A model generated the notes under the pieces. It did no database searches. It was not told the DNA's origin and saw only the letters and a list, made by a program, of their open reading frames with translations. A stretch of DNA of 64,000 nt from an uncultured Candidatus Binatia bacterium (GTDB lineage Bacteria > Desulfobacterota > Binatia > Bin18). Where the stretch lies: assembly GCA_965204455.1 (NCBI GenBank), contig CBDBEO010000004.1, positions 2,183,485-2,247,484 on the forward strand, given 5' to 3'. Both the position numbers and the translations under genes were made by a program. Positions within the stretch are counted from its first letter, which is position 1; the number at the start of each line of letters is the position of its first letter. Below are positions 9,501-18,098 of the stretch, in pieces.

Positions 9501-9828
9501 GCCGGAGGCGTTGCAGGCTGGTCAGGGCGCTGAGGTCGGGAATCGTCCCGCTGAGTTGGTTTCTTCTGAGATTGACGCTTGTCACTCGCCTGCTGCCGGT
9601 ATCGACGGTGACGCCATGCAAGGTCCCCAGGTCGGTAGTGGTGTCGATGGCGTCCCAGCCCGTGCTGGTTGTCCAGTTGGCGCCATCGGTGGCCTCGTAG
9701 AGCGCTTTTAACGCTGCTCTGTCGTTCTCATTGACGCTGGACTGCGCCTGCGTGCTGGGGACGGCCAGGAGCAGCAGGCTGAGCGCGCCCAGCAGGGCGA
9801 CGGGGGTGACCCACAACCGCCGCCTCAT
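6583..9828 (-). CDS. large secreted leucine-rich-repeat protein (plant-specific-type LRRs) with two C-terminal copies of an unassigned ~140-aa domain
   Basis: Signal peptide MRRRLWVTPVALLGALSLLLLAVPSTQA, start chosen at 9828 after a GGAGGG RBS. About 20 repeats of L..L..L.L..NQLSG.IPDLS. C-terminal duplicated domain ...SGWVC...GFGLLFNWNLLGDG.HTVR.... Confidence 0.8.
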   Translation of the reverse strand: MRRRLWVTPVALLGALSLLLLAVPSTQAQSSVNENDRAALKALYEATDGANWTTSTGWDAIDTTTDLGTLHGVTVDTGSRRVTSVNLRRNQLSGTIPDLSALTSLQRLRLDNNQLSGTIPATLGNLTNLQRLFLHKNQLSGTIPDLSALTSLQELYLYTNQLRGPIPDLSSLTSLTHLNLDDTQLGLATNGQRIATPLDGLAAKLPAATLAHLSLDKNQLRGPIPDLSSLTSLISLHLSDNDLDGPIPTKLTDPTDPNSPRVPALPAGLSNLHLDRNQLSGEIPDLSSLTSLQNIYLGTNQLSGEIPTKLTDPTDPDSPRVLALPAGLGYLYLDHNQLSGEIPTDLISQTNLRVLYLDHNQLSGEIPDLSALTLLLHLGLDHNQLNGPIPNLSALTKLQNLRLHANQLGLDTDGQQITAPLDGLAAKLPAATLQRLQLNHNQLNGPIPDLSSLTALRELELQDNALTGAIPTTLPTKLHRLYLHNNDLVGPIPASLARDTLTELEYLSLYGNPDLYGYPATMADDASLILIAPGDGTAICLYGDADGEAGTTDCTVPTLVDKLHIRSHSTGFTATWEPQPADPAPSGYTAWYRAGRWASASVTGTMATVSGPTPGAIIAFLVRTTDHPTSPRLYYEGTLPERTATPPRPPTTGGRGGGGGGARRAPDQHGDTLDEATSLNPRRYTTGYLRRRLDARLQSFTDVDTFAIEIPHAGVLLAHTTGPDTTGRLYQAQTDGAPALVAADTASGPFRLGVAVEPGTYYLSVSAGTSFGDYRLGVDYTPAFVDNPAPNAPQSGLGVLSGWVCATATVEMELVPENGEPHLVVPATGTARADTAGVCGAETTDTGFGLLFNWNLLGDGAHTVRVRIADVVFAERQITVTTLGDHAEQEYRRGLHATTTIPDFPDVGETTTLRWAEALQNFVIASGDGGDGGEQLTPEQARLENPAPGSFQSGLGVISGWVCEADTVEIVFEPGDTDESLTFEAGSGTERLDTADRCGDTDNGFGLLFNWNLLGDGTHTVRAVADGDEFAHSTVTVTTLDGEFARGLRQTHTIADFPAAGQTTTVEWQEAQQNFVVTGVE
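8300..9600. repeat. intragenic near-identical ~72-bp tandem repeats encoding LRR units
   Basis: Recurrent ggtcgggaatcggcccgttcagttggttgtggt-type units. These produce many long plus-strand shadow ORFs. Confidence 0.7.
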
Positions 9829-9842
9829 CGCCAGCCCTCCAA

Positions 9843-9865
9843 GCGGAAAGCGGAAAGCGGAAAGC
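9843..9865. repeat. tandem heptamer GCGGAAA x3 (plus partial) immediately upstream of the LRR gene RBS
   Basis: gcggaaagcggaaagcggaaagc, 3 nt from the CCCTCC (minus-strand GGAGGG) RBS and ~15 nt from the ATG at 9828. Confidence 0.6.
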
Positions 9866-10197
9866 ATCTTATCCCTACTTTTCAATCTCACGAGCCCACC
9901 GGAGTATATACTAGCAGTTTTACGAGTTCTACCTCCGTAATCTGGTAAAACTATGAGGGACTCTGCCTCCCCCGGCGAGCAGGGCGGCGGCGGGGCTCAG
10001 GACAGGCCCTTTGGCTTTGCTCAGGACCAACGGTCTCCCGTTCGTGCTGAGCGGAGCGAAGTCGAAGCATGGATGCCGGATCACGGCATGACAAACGCGG
10101 AACAGCAGGACTACAGCCTAACGTGGAACGCGCTGGGGTGGCGGGGATGACCCTGCCTATGATCGCCGGATGCCCGGTCCGCTGCTAGACTACGCGG

Positions 10198-11085
10198 ATG
10201 GACATACACCTGGTTGACGGCACGTATGAGCTGTTTCGCGCCTATTATGGCCCGCCCTCGGCAAAAGCGCCCGACGGGCGGGAGGTAGGAGCGATACGTG
10301 GGCTGGCGCGGTCGCTGCTGTCCCTGCTGCGGAACGAGGGCGCGACGCATGTCGCCGTAGCCTTTGATCACGTCATCGAGTCGTTCCGCAACGAGCTGTT
10401 CGACGGCTATAAGACCGGGGCGGGTATTGATCCCGAGCTGTGGGGACAGTTTGGGCTGGCCGAGGACATGGCCCGCGCCCTGGGCCTAATCGTCTGGCCG
10501 ATGGTCGAGTTTGAGGCCGACGATGCCCTGGCCACGGCTGCCGGGCGGTTTGCCCAGCGCGGCGACGTTTCGCGGGTTCTCATCTGTAGCCCGGACAAAG
10601 ACCTGTGCCAGTGCGTTGTTGGCGAGCGTGTGGTGTGTGTTGACCGGCGCCGGAAAAAGGTGGTGGATGCCGACGCGGTCCGGGCCAAGTTTGGGGTTGC
10701 GCCGACCTCCATTCCCGACTGGCTGGCCTTGGTCGGTGACTCCGCCGACGGCATTCCCGGTATTCCGCGCTGGGGCGCGGCTTCCTCGGCCAAGCTGCTG
10801 GCCGCATACGCTTCGATTGAGCGCATTCCGGACGACGCGGCGCAGTGGACGGTCACGCTGCGCGGGGCGGCCGCCCTGGCCGAGAGCCTGAGGACCCGCC
10901 GCGACAAAGCCCGGCTGTATAAACGGCTGGCGACGCTCAGAACCGATGTGCCGCTCGAAGAGTCGGCTACCGCGTTGGAATGGCGGGGTGCCCGGCGGAC
11001 CGAACTGGAGGCGCTGTGCGAGCGGCTGGGAGACCCGGCGCTGCTGGCCCGCGTGCCGCGCTACGACACCTCAGCCGGAGAATGA
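10198..11085 (+). CDS. 5'-3' exonuclease (FEN / Pol I N-terminal domain-like, H3TH)
   Basis: LVDGTYELFRAYY, EADDALAT, SPDKDLCQCV and LVGDSADGIPGIPRWG motifs. Confidence 0.8.
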   Translation: MDIHLVDGTYELFRAYYGPPSAKAPDGREVGAIRGLARSLLSLLRNEGATHVAVAFDHVIESFRNELFDGYKTGAGIDPELWGQFGLAEDMARALGLIVWPMVEFEADDALATAAGRFAQRGDVSRVLICSPDKDLCQCVVGERVVCVDRRRKKVVDADAVRAKFGVAPTSIPDWLALVGDSADGIPGIPRWGAASSAKLLAAYASIERIPDDAAQWTVTLRGAAALAESLRTRRDKARLYKRLATLRTDVPLEESATALEWRGARRTELEALCERLGDPALLARVPRYDTSAGE

Positions 11086-11286
11086 CTTGAGCAGCAGAGA
11101 GACGACGCCGGCGACGACCGCGCCGGTCATCCATTTCACGACCGACAGTTCCCGCTCAAGCCGCACAATGTCGGCCTTGGTCGCCAGGCTCTCTGCCAAC
11201 ATGGCCTGGGCGGCCGCGCGCGCCTTTTCTTCAGGCGCACCAGCCGCCATCAGCGCGTCGTACAGCTCGGTCACCATCCTGCTCAT
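11071..11286 (-). CDS. small coiled-coil protein with C-terminal TM, DUF1640-like
   Basis: MSRMVTELYDALMAAGAPEEKARAAAQAMLAESLATKADIVRLERELSVVKWMTGAVVAGVVSLLL. The longer upstream extension of the ORF looks non-coding. Confidence 0.4.
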   Translation of the reverse strand: MSRMVTELYDALMAAGAPEEKARAAAQAMLAESLATKADIVRLERELSVVKWMTGAVVAGVVSLLLKSFSG

Positions 11287-11359
11287 AGCGCAAATATAAA
11301 ATTCTTCCCGGTCGTGGATAAGAAGAGCGGTTGAACCCGGAGATATGCTCCCTTGCCCG

Positions 11360-12616
11360 TCAGTTGTTTTGGGATGCTGTGGCGACCGCTTCGACCTCTT
11401 CCATGACCCGCAGCAGGTTACCGCCCCACAGCTGGGCGATGTGATCCCCGCTATAGCCTCGGCGTACCAGTTCGAGGGTGACGTTGAGGGTTTCTCGGGC
11501 GTTATTCCAACCCACGATTCCGCCGCCGCCGTTGAAGTCCGAGGCAATACCCACATGCTCGATGCCGATCAGCTTGACCGCGTAGTCGATATGGTCGGCC
11601 AACTCCTTGACCGAGGCCCTGGGCCATTGCCGGTCGATCTCGGCCCGGCGGGCGTAATAGGTGTCGCGTTCCGCTTCGCTCAGCCGGGCGAAGTCGGCGG
11701 CATCCTTGAGGCGCATGTCCTCCCGCAGGGCGAGGAGCGCGGCCTGCTTTTCCTCGGGCACTGGGCGCAGGTAGGAATCGAAGGCGACGATCTGGACGAC
11801 TCCGCCGTTGTCCTTGAGCGCCGCCAGGGCTGGGTCGGACATATTACGGGGATGATCCTGGAGGGCGCGTACAGACGAGTGGGAGGCGATCACCGGCGCG
11901 CGCGACGCGGCTATGGCGTCCAGGGTCGTACTCATGGCCGAATGGGAGACATCGATCATGATGCCGAGTGCGTTGGCCCGGGCGATGACGGCGCGTCCGA
12001 AACTGCTGAGCCCCCCGTGTTCAGCCTCCGCTTCCTCGCGGCCGAGGCTGGGTACGGCCGAATCGCCAATGTCGTTATGGCCGTTGTGGAGAAGGCCGAG
12101 GTAGCGCGCGCCAAAGTCGTAGTAGATATCGAGGAGTTCCAGGTTGCGGCCTATGGCATAGCCGTTCTCAATGCCGATCAGCGCCGCGCGCCGGCCCTCG
12201 CCGTGCAGACGCCGCACATCCGCAGCGCTGAGAGCCAGACCAATGGTGTCCGGGTACTGCACGTCGGTCATGCGGCGGATGGCGGCAAACTTGATAAAAG
12301 CGTCGGCCATGGCGCGGGCATAGCCCGCCGCAGCGCGCTCCCTCTGCGGCACGTAGACGATGAAAAAAGCGGCGTCCAGGCCGCCGCGCTGCATGCCGAG
12401 CAGATCCAGCTGGTGGCGGGGGCTCTTGGCCTCCAGGGGGTCGTAGGCTTCGGTGCCGAAATCAGGGGGAATGTCCACGTGGGTATCAATGGTGATGGCG
12501 CGCTCGTGGATGGCCGTGGCTCGAGCGAGCAGCTCGGCGTCGGTCTCGGCTCCGGCCGGGCTCGCCGACAGGACCCCGACCACCAGGGTTAAGATGAAGA
12601 CGTTCGTCCCTTTCAT
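11360..12616 (-). CDS. membrane dipeptidase (peptidase M19 family), secreted
   Basis: Signal peptide. HVDIPPDF...GLLHNGHNDIGDS...DVSH motifs of renal-dipeptidase family. Confidence 0.85.
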   Translation of the reverse strand: MKGTNVFILTLVVGVLSASPAGAETDAELLARATAIHERAITIDTHVDIPPDFGTEAYDPLEAKSPRHQLDLLGMQRGGLDAAFFIVYVPQRERAAAGYARAMADAFIKFAAIRRMTDVQYPDTIGLALSAADVRRLHGEGRRAALIGIENGYAIGRNLELLDIYYDFGARYLGLLHNGHNDIGDSAVPSLGREEAEAEHGGLSSFGRAVIARANALGIMIDVSHSAMSTTLDAIAASRAPVIASHSSVRALQDHPRNMSDPALAALKDNGGVVQIVAFDSYLRPVPEEKQAALLALREDMRLKDAADFARLSEAERDTYYARRAEIDRQWPRASVKELADHIDYAVKLIGIEHVGIASDFNGGGGIVGWNNARETLNVTLELVRRGYSGDHIAQLWGGNLLRVMEEVEAVATASQNN

Positions 12617-12622
12617 ATGACC

Positions 12623-13063
12623 TCAGTGGGCGGCTTTTTTCTTGCCCTTTTTGCGTTTGACCCGGGTGAGCAGCGAGACGTAGCTGATGCCGTCCCGATT
12701 GTCCTGGGTGGTGGGTAGCTGGTGTTTGCGCCAGCCGGGGTAGCCGTCCGGCATGATGCGTACATTACGATAGCCGGCTTCGGCCAGCTTGTGGGCGGCC
12801 TGGGCGGCCCGCGCGCCGTCGTCGCAGCCGGTGATCAGCACGGCGTCTTTGGCGCAGCTGTCCTCGACCACCTGCAGAAAGCTCTGGTTGGGAAAGACCT
12901 CCTTGGTGGTCGGGTGGAAGAAGACCAGCGGGATGTTGACGACCGGGCCCTTGGGGTGGCCGGTGGAGAATTCGGCCACCGTCCGCACGTCAACATAGGT
13001 CGCGGGCTCGTCGCCGCCCAGGGCGGCGCTGACTTCCGGAGGGCTCATGACGGGGTGATCCAT
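12623..13063 (-). CDS. rhodanese-domain sulfurtransferase
   Basis: Rhodanese fold with active-site Cys in ...VLITGCDDGARA.... Start chosen at the Met before MDHPVMSPPEV. Confidence 0.6.
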   Translation of the reverse strand: MDHPVMSPPEVSAALGGDEPATYVDVRTVAEFSTGHPKGPVVNIPLVFFHPTTKEVFPNQSFLQVVEDSCAKDAVLITGCDDGARAAQAAHKLAEAGYRNVRIMPDGYPGWRKHQLPTTQDNRDGISYVSLLTRVKRKKGKKKAAH

Positions 13064-13083
13064 TAGGTAGACTCCTGTGGGTT

Positions 13084-13344
13084 TCAGGCCACGCTCTCGA
13101 AGCTGTCGAACTCGTTGACCAGGGGAGGAATGATCCGGCACCGCTCGCGCCCGGCGGCCGGCGGCCGGCCGTTCAGGCTGTAGACGATAGCGGTGGCGTC
13201 TTCCTGCACGCTCACCTCTTCAAGATGATGATGGATATACGGGCCGTCCGGCGACAGGGCAAAGATACACTCCAGGACTTTGCGGGCGGGCAGTTTGCCC
13301 AGGTCGGGATGCAACAGTGCCTCGGTCGGTTTGCTGTCACTCAT
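13084..13344 (-). CDS. small hypothetical protein upstream of the rhodanese gene
   Basis: 86-aa ORF with a 20-nt gap to the rhodanese start. No recognisable domain. Confidence 0.3.
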   Translation of the reverse strand: MSDSKPTEALLHPDLGKLPARKVLECIFALSPDGPYIHHHLEEVSVQEDATAIVYSLNGRPPAAGRERCRIIPPLVNEFDSFESVA

Positions 13345-13448
13345 ACGGCGGGTCTCCTTGTGGCGTCATTTCCCTTTGTGCATACGTGTTTTTTCCTTGA
13401 CAGGCAATCGAGAAACGGATTACATGGCGGGCACGGAAGGAGGGTCGT

Positions 13449-14102
13449 ATGTCGGTATCGCCCCAAAAGGAGCTGGTCAACGGGGAGGTCTGGTATCAAC
13501 CGGGCGAGAAGGTTCCCAACGTTGACAAAAAGCTCTTCGCCCTGCAAAACCTGTGCACCGATTGCAAGATCTGCGAGGTGGCCTGTTCGCTCATCCACTC
13601 GCCCGAGGGGGAACTCAACCCGCTGTGGACACGCATCAAGATCGAACACGCGCCAACCGTGGAAACGCGGGTCAGCAAGGACGGCTTCGGCTTTACGGCC
13701 GAGATCTGCCACCACTGCGCCAACCCCCCACCGTGCGCCAAGGTCTGCCCGACCGACGCGTTCTACTACGATCCCGTCACCCAGGCGGCCATCATCGACC
13801 AGGACAAGTGCATCCAGTGCATGGAGTGCGTGCCGGCCTGTCCGTTCGACACGGTCTTTGTCGCCCCCAGCGGCGAGGTGCTCAAATGCGACCTGTGCGG
13901 CGGCGACCCGGCCTGTGTCAAAGCGTGTTCGACCCGGCCCGAAATGCTGAACGCGGGCAAACAGTACAACCGCTCCAGCGTGCTGTTCTTTGAGGAAAAA
14001 GCAGCCTTCAGCCAGATCCTGCGCCGCAAGCCGGAGGAGCGGGATGAAGTCGGCATCATGCAAGCCATGCTGTCAAAGGGGAAAATCAGCAGCTCGGCAT
14101 AA
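13449..14102 (+). CDS. 4Fe-4S ferredoxin-type electron-transfer subunit (AOR-associated)
   Basis: Four CxxCxxCxxxCP clusters. Immediately precedes the AOR gene. Confidence 0.85.
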   Translation: MSVSPQKELVNGEVWYQPGEKVPNVDKKLFALQNLCTDCKICEVACSLIHSPEGELNPLWTRIKIEHAPTVETRVSKDGFGFTAEICHHCANPPPCAKVCPTDAFYYDPVTQAAIIDQDKCIQCMECVPACPFDTVFVAPSGEVLKCDLCGGDPACVKACSTRPEMLNAGKQYNRSSVLFFEEKAAFSQILRRKPEERDEVGIMQAMLSKGKISSSA

Positions 14103-14141
14103 GGCCGCCCAGCCGGCCGAACGAGACAAGGAGTTCCAGCC

Positions 14142-16166
14142 ATGGAAAGTCGTTTACTGCGGGTCAATCTCAGCACCAACGAAATCAAGACCGAGATCAT
14201 TCCCCACGCCGTGTTCGAGCGCTGGATCGGCGGCTCGGGGATCAACAACTGGATCATGTGGGAGCACTTCCTGAACCACGACATCAACTGCGATCCCCGC
14301 GGGCCGGACAATATCTTTGTGTTCGGCGTCGGGCCGCTGGCCGGGACCGGGGCGGGTATTGGCGTCAAAGGCCGGATCACCTTCAAGAGCCCGTGCTACG
14401 GCATTTTTGGCGACTCGACCGGTGGCGGCAAGTTTCCCTATGTCGTGCGCTTCAGCGGCTATGACTATATTGCCGTGACCGGCAAGGCGCCCAAGCCGGT
14501 CTATCTGCACATCGCCAATAACGAGGTGACCCTGTGCGACGCCCGCCACCTGTGGGGCAAGAACAGCTCGGAAGCCCACGAGGCGCTGCAAAAAGAGCTG
14601 GGCGACTACCCGTCAGAGGTGCATACCCTGACTATCGGCCAGGCCGGTGAGAACCAGGTCGGTATTTCCGGCGTGATCTCGGACGGCTGGCGGATTCACG
14701 CCCGCTGCGGCGGCGGGGCGGTCATGGGCTCCAAGAACCTCAAGGCCATCGCCGTGCAGGGCAATCTGGGCATCAAGGTCGATAACCCGGGCGGGCTGCT
14801 CGACTGGTCGGACGATTTCCGCCACAAGATCGACACCAACGAGGCCGGCTACGGCTTCAAGCGGCGGGGGACGCTGGGAGCGGTGGAGATGTACCAGCGG
14901 ATCGGCGGCAATTTCTGGCGCAACAACCAGGGCGCGCTGTTCCGGGGCGAAGAGGTCCGCTCCGATAACTGGGTCAAGAAATACCACAAATACTCCGAGG
15001 TGTGTTCCTCCGACTGTTATATTGCCTGCGACGGGCGGTACAAAATCGAGGGCAACGAGTCGGACAAGGCCGAGAAATATATTGGCGAATCCTTCCGCCA
15101 TCCCGAGTATCTGACGACCGGCAGCAGTGCCGGAGCCATGGACGTTCGTGACTGGGCCGAGGTCGCCCACTGGGGCAAGATCACCAACGAGTACGGCATT
15201 GATAATCAGGACCTGAGCTGTTCCATCAGCTTCATCATGGAGCTGCGGCAGCGCGAGCTGATCTCCGATACGGATGTGGCCGAGCTGTTCGGCAAGTCCC
15301 AGCGGCTGGAGTGGGGCAATATGGAGGATATCGAGAGCCTGATCCGCAGCGTCGTCCACCAGGAGAACCCGTTCGGCTGGATGTTCCGCGACGGCGCCTA
15401 CTGGGGCGCGCTGCGCTACTCCGAGAAGATGGGCCAGAACTTCATGAAGTACGCCATCTACGGCAAGGGCGGGGCCAGCTTCACCGAGGAGATGCGGCCG
15501 TTTCCGACCTGGATGAATAATATGGCGGTGGCCTCGCGCGGGGCCGACCACCTCAAGGGCATCGGCCTGATCGAGAAATTCCAGCGCAAGGATCTGTCCA
15601 AGGCATACTTTGGCACGCCGATCGCCGGTGACCCGACCGTGCCCGATCTCAAGGGCGCCTGCACTGCGGTGATTGAAAACCAGGTGGCGCTGATCAACTC
15701 CTACGGGGTGTGCATGTTCCACTGGCTGCTCGATCCCCTGGGCTATGCGCCGGAGAGCTACTACGGCAAAGCCTACGCCGAGGTAACCGGCATCGACCGG
15801 ACCAAGGAAGAGCTGATGCGCGACGGCGAGCGGATCTGCAACCTGGAAAAAGCCTTTAACTCACGCCTGGGCATGCGGCGCGAGCACGACACCATCTGTG
15901 AGCGCTGGATGCACGAGCCGGCGCCGGAAGGCATGTACGAGGGCCGGGTGGCGGCCGATATGTTCGACCAGGTTTTGGACGAATATTACGAGTGGCGCGG
16001 CTGGGACAAAGCAACCGGCCTGCAAACGCAGTCCAAACTCGAAGAATTGGGTCTCCAGGATGTGGCCGACGTGCTGGCCTCGGAAAGAGCCCTGGCCGGC
16101 GAACAGGGCCGCAAGTCGGTGCAGGTGCTCAAGGCGTCGAGTGACGATCCCGGCCTGCCGGACTAA
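14142..16166 (+). CDS. aldehyde:ferredoxin oxidoreductase (tungsten-containing AOR family)
   Basis: 674 aa. ...GGSGINNWIM..., AVMGSKNLKAIAV and IGQAGEN hallmark motifs. Confidence 0.9.
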   Translation: MESRLLRVNLSTNEIKTEIIPHAVFERWIGGSGINNWIMWEHFLNHDINCDPRGPDNIFVFGVGPLAGTGAGIGVKGRITFKSPCYGIFGDSTGGGKFPYVVRFSGYDYIAVTGKAPKPVYLHIANNEVTLCDARHLWGKNSSEAHEALQKELGDYPSEVHTLTIGQAGENQVGISGVISDGWRIHARCGGGAVMGSKNLKAIAVQGNLGIKVDNPGGLLDWSDDFRHKIDTNEAGYGFKRRGTLGAVEMYQRIGGNFWRNNQGALFRGEEVRSDNWVKKYHKYSEVCSSDCYIACDGRYKIEGNESDKAEKYIGESFRHPEYLTTGSSAGAMDVRDWAEVAHWGKITNEYGIDNQDLSCSISFIMELRQRELISDTDVAELFGKSQRLEWGNMEDIESLIRSVVHQENPFGWMFRDGAYWGALRYSEKMGQNFMKYAIYGKGGASFTEEMRPFPTWMNNMAVASRGADHLKGIGLIEKFQRKDLSKAYFGTPIAGDPTVPDLKGACTAVIENQVALINSYGVCMFHWLLDPLGYAPESYYGKAYAEVTGIDRTKEELMRDGERICNLEKAFNSRLGMRREHDTICERWMHEPAPEGMYEGRVAADMFDQVLDEYYEWRGWDKATGLQTQSKLEELGLQDVADVLASERALAGEQGRKSVQVLKASSDDPGLPD

Positions 16167-16222
16167 GACCGCTGTGCCCTCTCCCGTTCGGGAGGGGGCT
16201 CTACTCAACAAGGAACCCCATC

Positions 16223-16504
16223 GTGATTACGGTACACACGGAATATCAGGCCCGTTTCCGGGAAATCACCAAGGTTGCGGGAGAGAGCTTTGAGCTTGAG
16301 CAGCCGCTGGTGTCCGAGCTGGCCGAGCGGATCACCCGGAAGTACGGCGCAGATATGCAGGCGCTGCTGATCGATCCCGACACCCAGGACCTGAACACCA
16401 AGGGCACGCTGTATCTCGACTCAAAGGGCAACCGGGTTTTTATTGACGACAGCCTGGAAGACGGCGAGACGGTCGTCTTCATGGTCGGCATTGCTGGCGG
16501 CTGA
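16223..16504 (+). CDS. MoaD/ThiS-family ubiquitin-like sulfur-carrier protein (ends ...IAGG)
   Basis: 93 aa with C-terminal Gly-Gly, directly downstream of the AOR gene. Confidence 0.7.
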   Translation: MITVHTEYQARFREITKVAGESFELEQPLVSELAERITRKYGADMQALLIDPDTQDLNTKGTLYLDSKGNRVFIDDSLEDGETVVFMVGIAGG

Positions 16505-16585
16505 GGCGTGGACCAGCCTTTCCCGGCCTGCTTTCCCACCGCACGGGGTATGGTCGATGGCTGATGCCAGGCCGGCCCTGAACAA

Positions 16586-17920
16586 TCAGTTTTCCCCGCC
16601 GATAAAGACAATCTGCCCGGCTTCGTTCTGGGCCTTGATCCGGGCCTCAAGGGCGTCCGACAGCCGAATTGTGCGCTCGGTCGGAAACTTGTCCCGGTAC
16701 AGATGGGGCCGCAGGTAGAACTCTTCGGGCGTGCTCACCCCAGCCTGGGTTTTGAGCGGCACCGGAAACCAGCCGCGGCGCATGAAGTCGGGATTGAAAA
16801 ACACGTCTTTGTCGGCCTGGCTCCACTCGCGCAGATCCATGGCGTCGTGCACCCCGTAGGAATAGAAGTCCTGCTGGGGGTCCCACCACAGGGCCAGCAG
16901 GTTGTGGTAGCCACGCTCCTTGAGATCGGGGTTCATCAGCTCGGCCAGACGTTCTTCAATCAGGACGAGTTCCCCGTCCGGGCCGTAGGCCTCGATCCGC
17001 AGCGGGTAGAAGTATTCCTGATCGACCCAGTACAGAATCCGGGGCGCGTAATAGGTGGGCAGCCAATCCTGTTTTGCCGTAGCCTCCATGACATACGTGC
17101 GGACACCGCCGTCCTCGGTGTAATAGGGATAGTCTTTGCCCATCAGCTTGATGTCGCTCACCGGCACATCGGTGAAGGTGCCGTCTGTGGCGCGCAGGGT
17201 CATGGACTGACGGGTGCTTGGAAAGCGGGCCGTCTCGTACAGGACATCGGTGCCGATCACCCGCCACGAGAACTCCCAGGCGTCGCGGCCCAGAAAGTCA
17301 TCGTAGGCGACCGGCTGGTTGGGAAATTTGTCCTGGCGCCGGGGCTGGGGAAAGCGACGCACGCGGCGCAGGGTCGGTGAATAGCCGAACATATCGGCCT
17401 TCTTGGTCAGTTCCTTGTCGGTCCGATAGGTGGCGAACAGCAGCTGGTTGCCGTGGTTTTCCGGCGGGGCGATATCCTGGCTCAGCCAGCGTGAGAATAT
17501 ATCGCCGGGTTTGGCCAGGATTTGGCCCATCAGGCCGGCCGGCTCATCATATTGGATCAAGACGATGATCTGGTTGATGAACAGATAGCCGGTCGGGGTG
17601 AGGGTGCCGCTGTCTTCGATCTGGACACAGTTCCAGCGCGGCATGTGGGGGAATTCCATTGAGCGAAAGCCGATCTCTTCGGGCGTGTAGGGCGGCTCAA
17701 AGGGGTACGGCTCGGCCGGCATGTAGGGAATGGTGGCGTCGCGCGGGGTATCGGTCGAAAAGTCGAGCCGTTGGCGTTCTTCGGGCGTCAGTTCCGACAG
17801 CAGCCGCCAGCTGCGTTCGGCCTGTGGGGCGCCGCTCGTGTCGTCGGCCCAGGCCGGCGCATGGAACACAAGGAGTGTGGCCAACAGACACACCACCAGA
17901 CGTGGATCAACTCTACGCAT
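16586..17920 (-). CDS. secreted hypothetical protein (possibly DUF1329-like)
   Basis: Signal peptide MRRVDPRLVVCLLATLLVFHAPAWA. ~445 aa, Trp/Tyr-rich. The family assignment is tentative and from memory only. Confidence 0.5.
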   Translation of the reverse strand: MRRVDPRLVVCLLATLLVFHAPAWADDTSGAPQAERSWRLLSELTPEERQRLDFSTDTPRDATIPYMPAEPYPFEPPYTPEEIGFRSMEFPHMPRWNCVQIEDSGTLTPTGYLFINQIIVLIQYDEPAGLMGQILAKPGDIFSRWLSQDIAPPENHGNQLLFATYRTDKELTKKADMFGYSPTLRRVRRFPQPRRQDKFPNQPVAYDDFLGRDAWEFSWRVIGTDVLYETARFPSTRQSMTLRATDGTFTDVPVSDIKLMGKDYPYYTEDGGVRTYVMEATAKQDWLPTYYAPRILYWVDQEYFYPLRIEAYGPDGELVLIEERLAELMNPDLKERGYHNLLALWWDPQQDFYSYGVHDAMDLREWSQADKDVFFNPDFMRRGWFPVPLKTQAGVSTPEEFYLRPHLYRDKFPTERTIRLSDALEARIKAQNEAGQIVFIGGEN

Positions 17921-18098
17921 ACCATTCCTCCTGCCAAGCTCCCGCCGGTGTACCACATTCATGGCACGGGGGGGAGAGGGGGCAGCTCAGAACGCGCGAT
18001 GCAGGCTGCCCCTGACAGTTGATCTCTGAGCCCAGAGGTTTAAGATAACCGGAACCGATTGTGCTGGGGCTGGCCCCGGTGCGGAGCAAGGAGGGTGT

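Noticed and set aside
7141-9711. Several 100-320-aa plus-strand ORFs (7141..8028, 8377..8703, 8746..9711 and others)
   Set aside because: Shadows of the repetitive LRR gene on the minus strand. Their protein sequences are repetitive V/E/G/Q-rich, reflecting the repeats.
9843-9865. Considered whether the GCGGAAA repeats are coding (inside the LRR ORF when started at 9891)
   Set aside because: The signal peptide begins at the Met at 9828 with a GGAGGG RBS, so the repeats are 5' UTR or promoter. The upstream Met at 9891 has no RBS and would give a non-signal N-terminal extension.
11345-12592. 415-aa plus ORF
   Set aside because: Antisense to the well-supported M19 dipeptidase gene.
14613-15722. 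369-aa minus ORF
   Set aside because: Antisense to the AOR gene.
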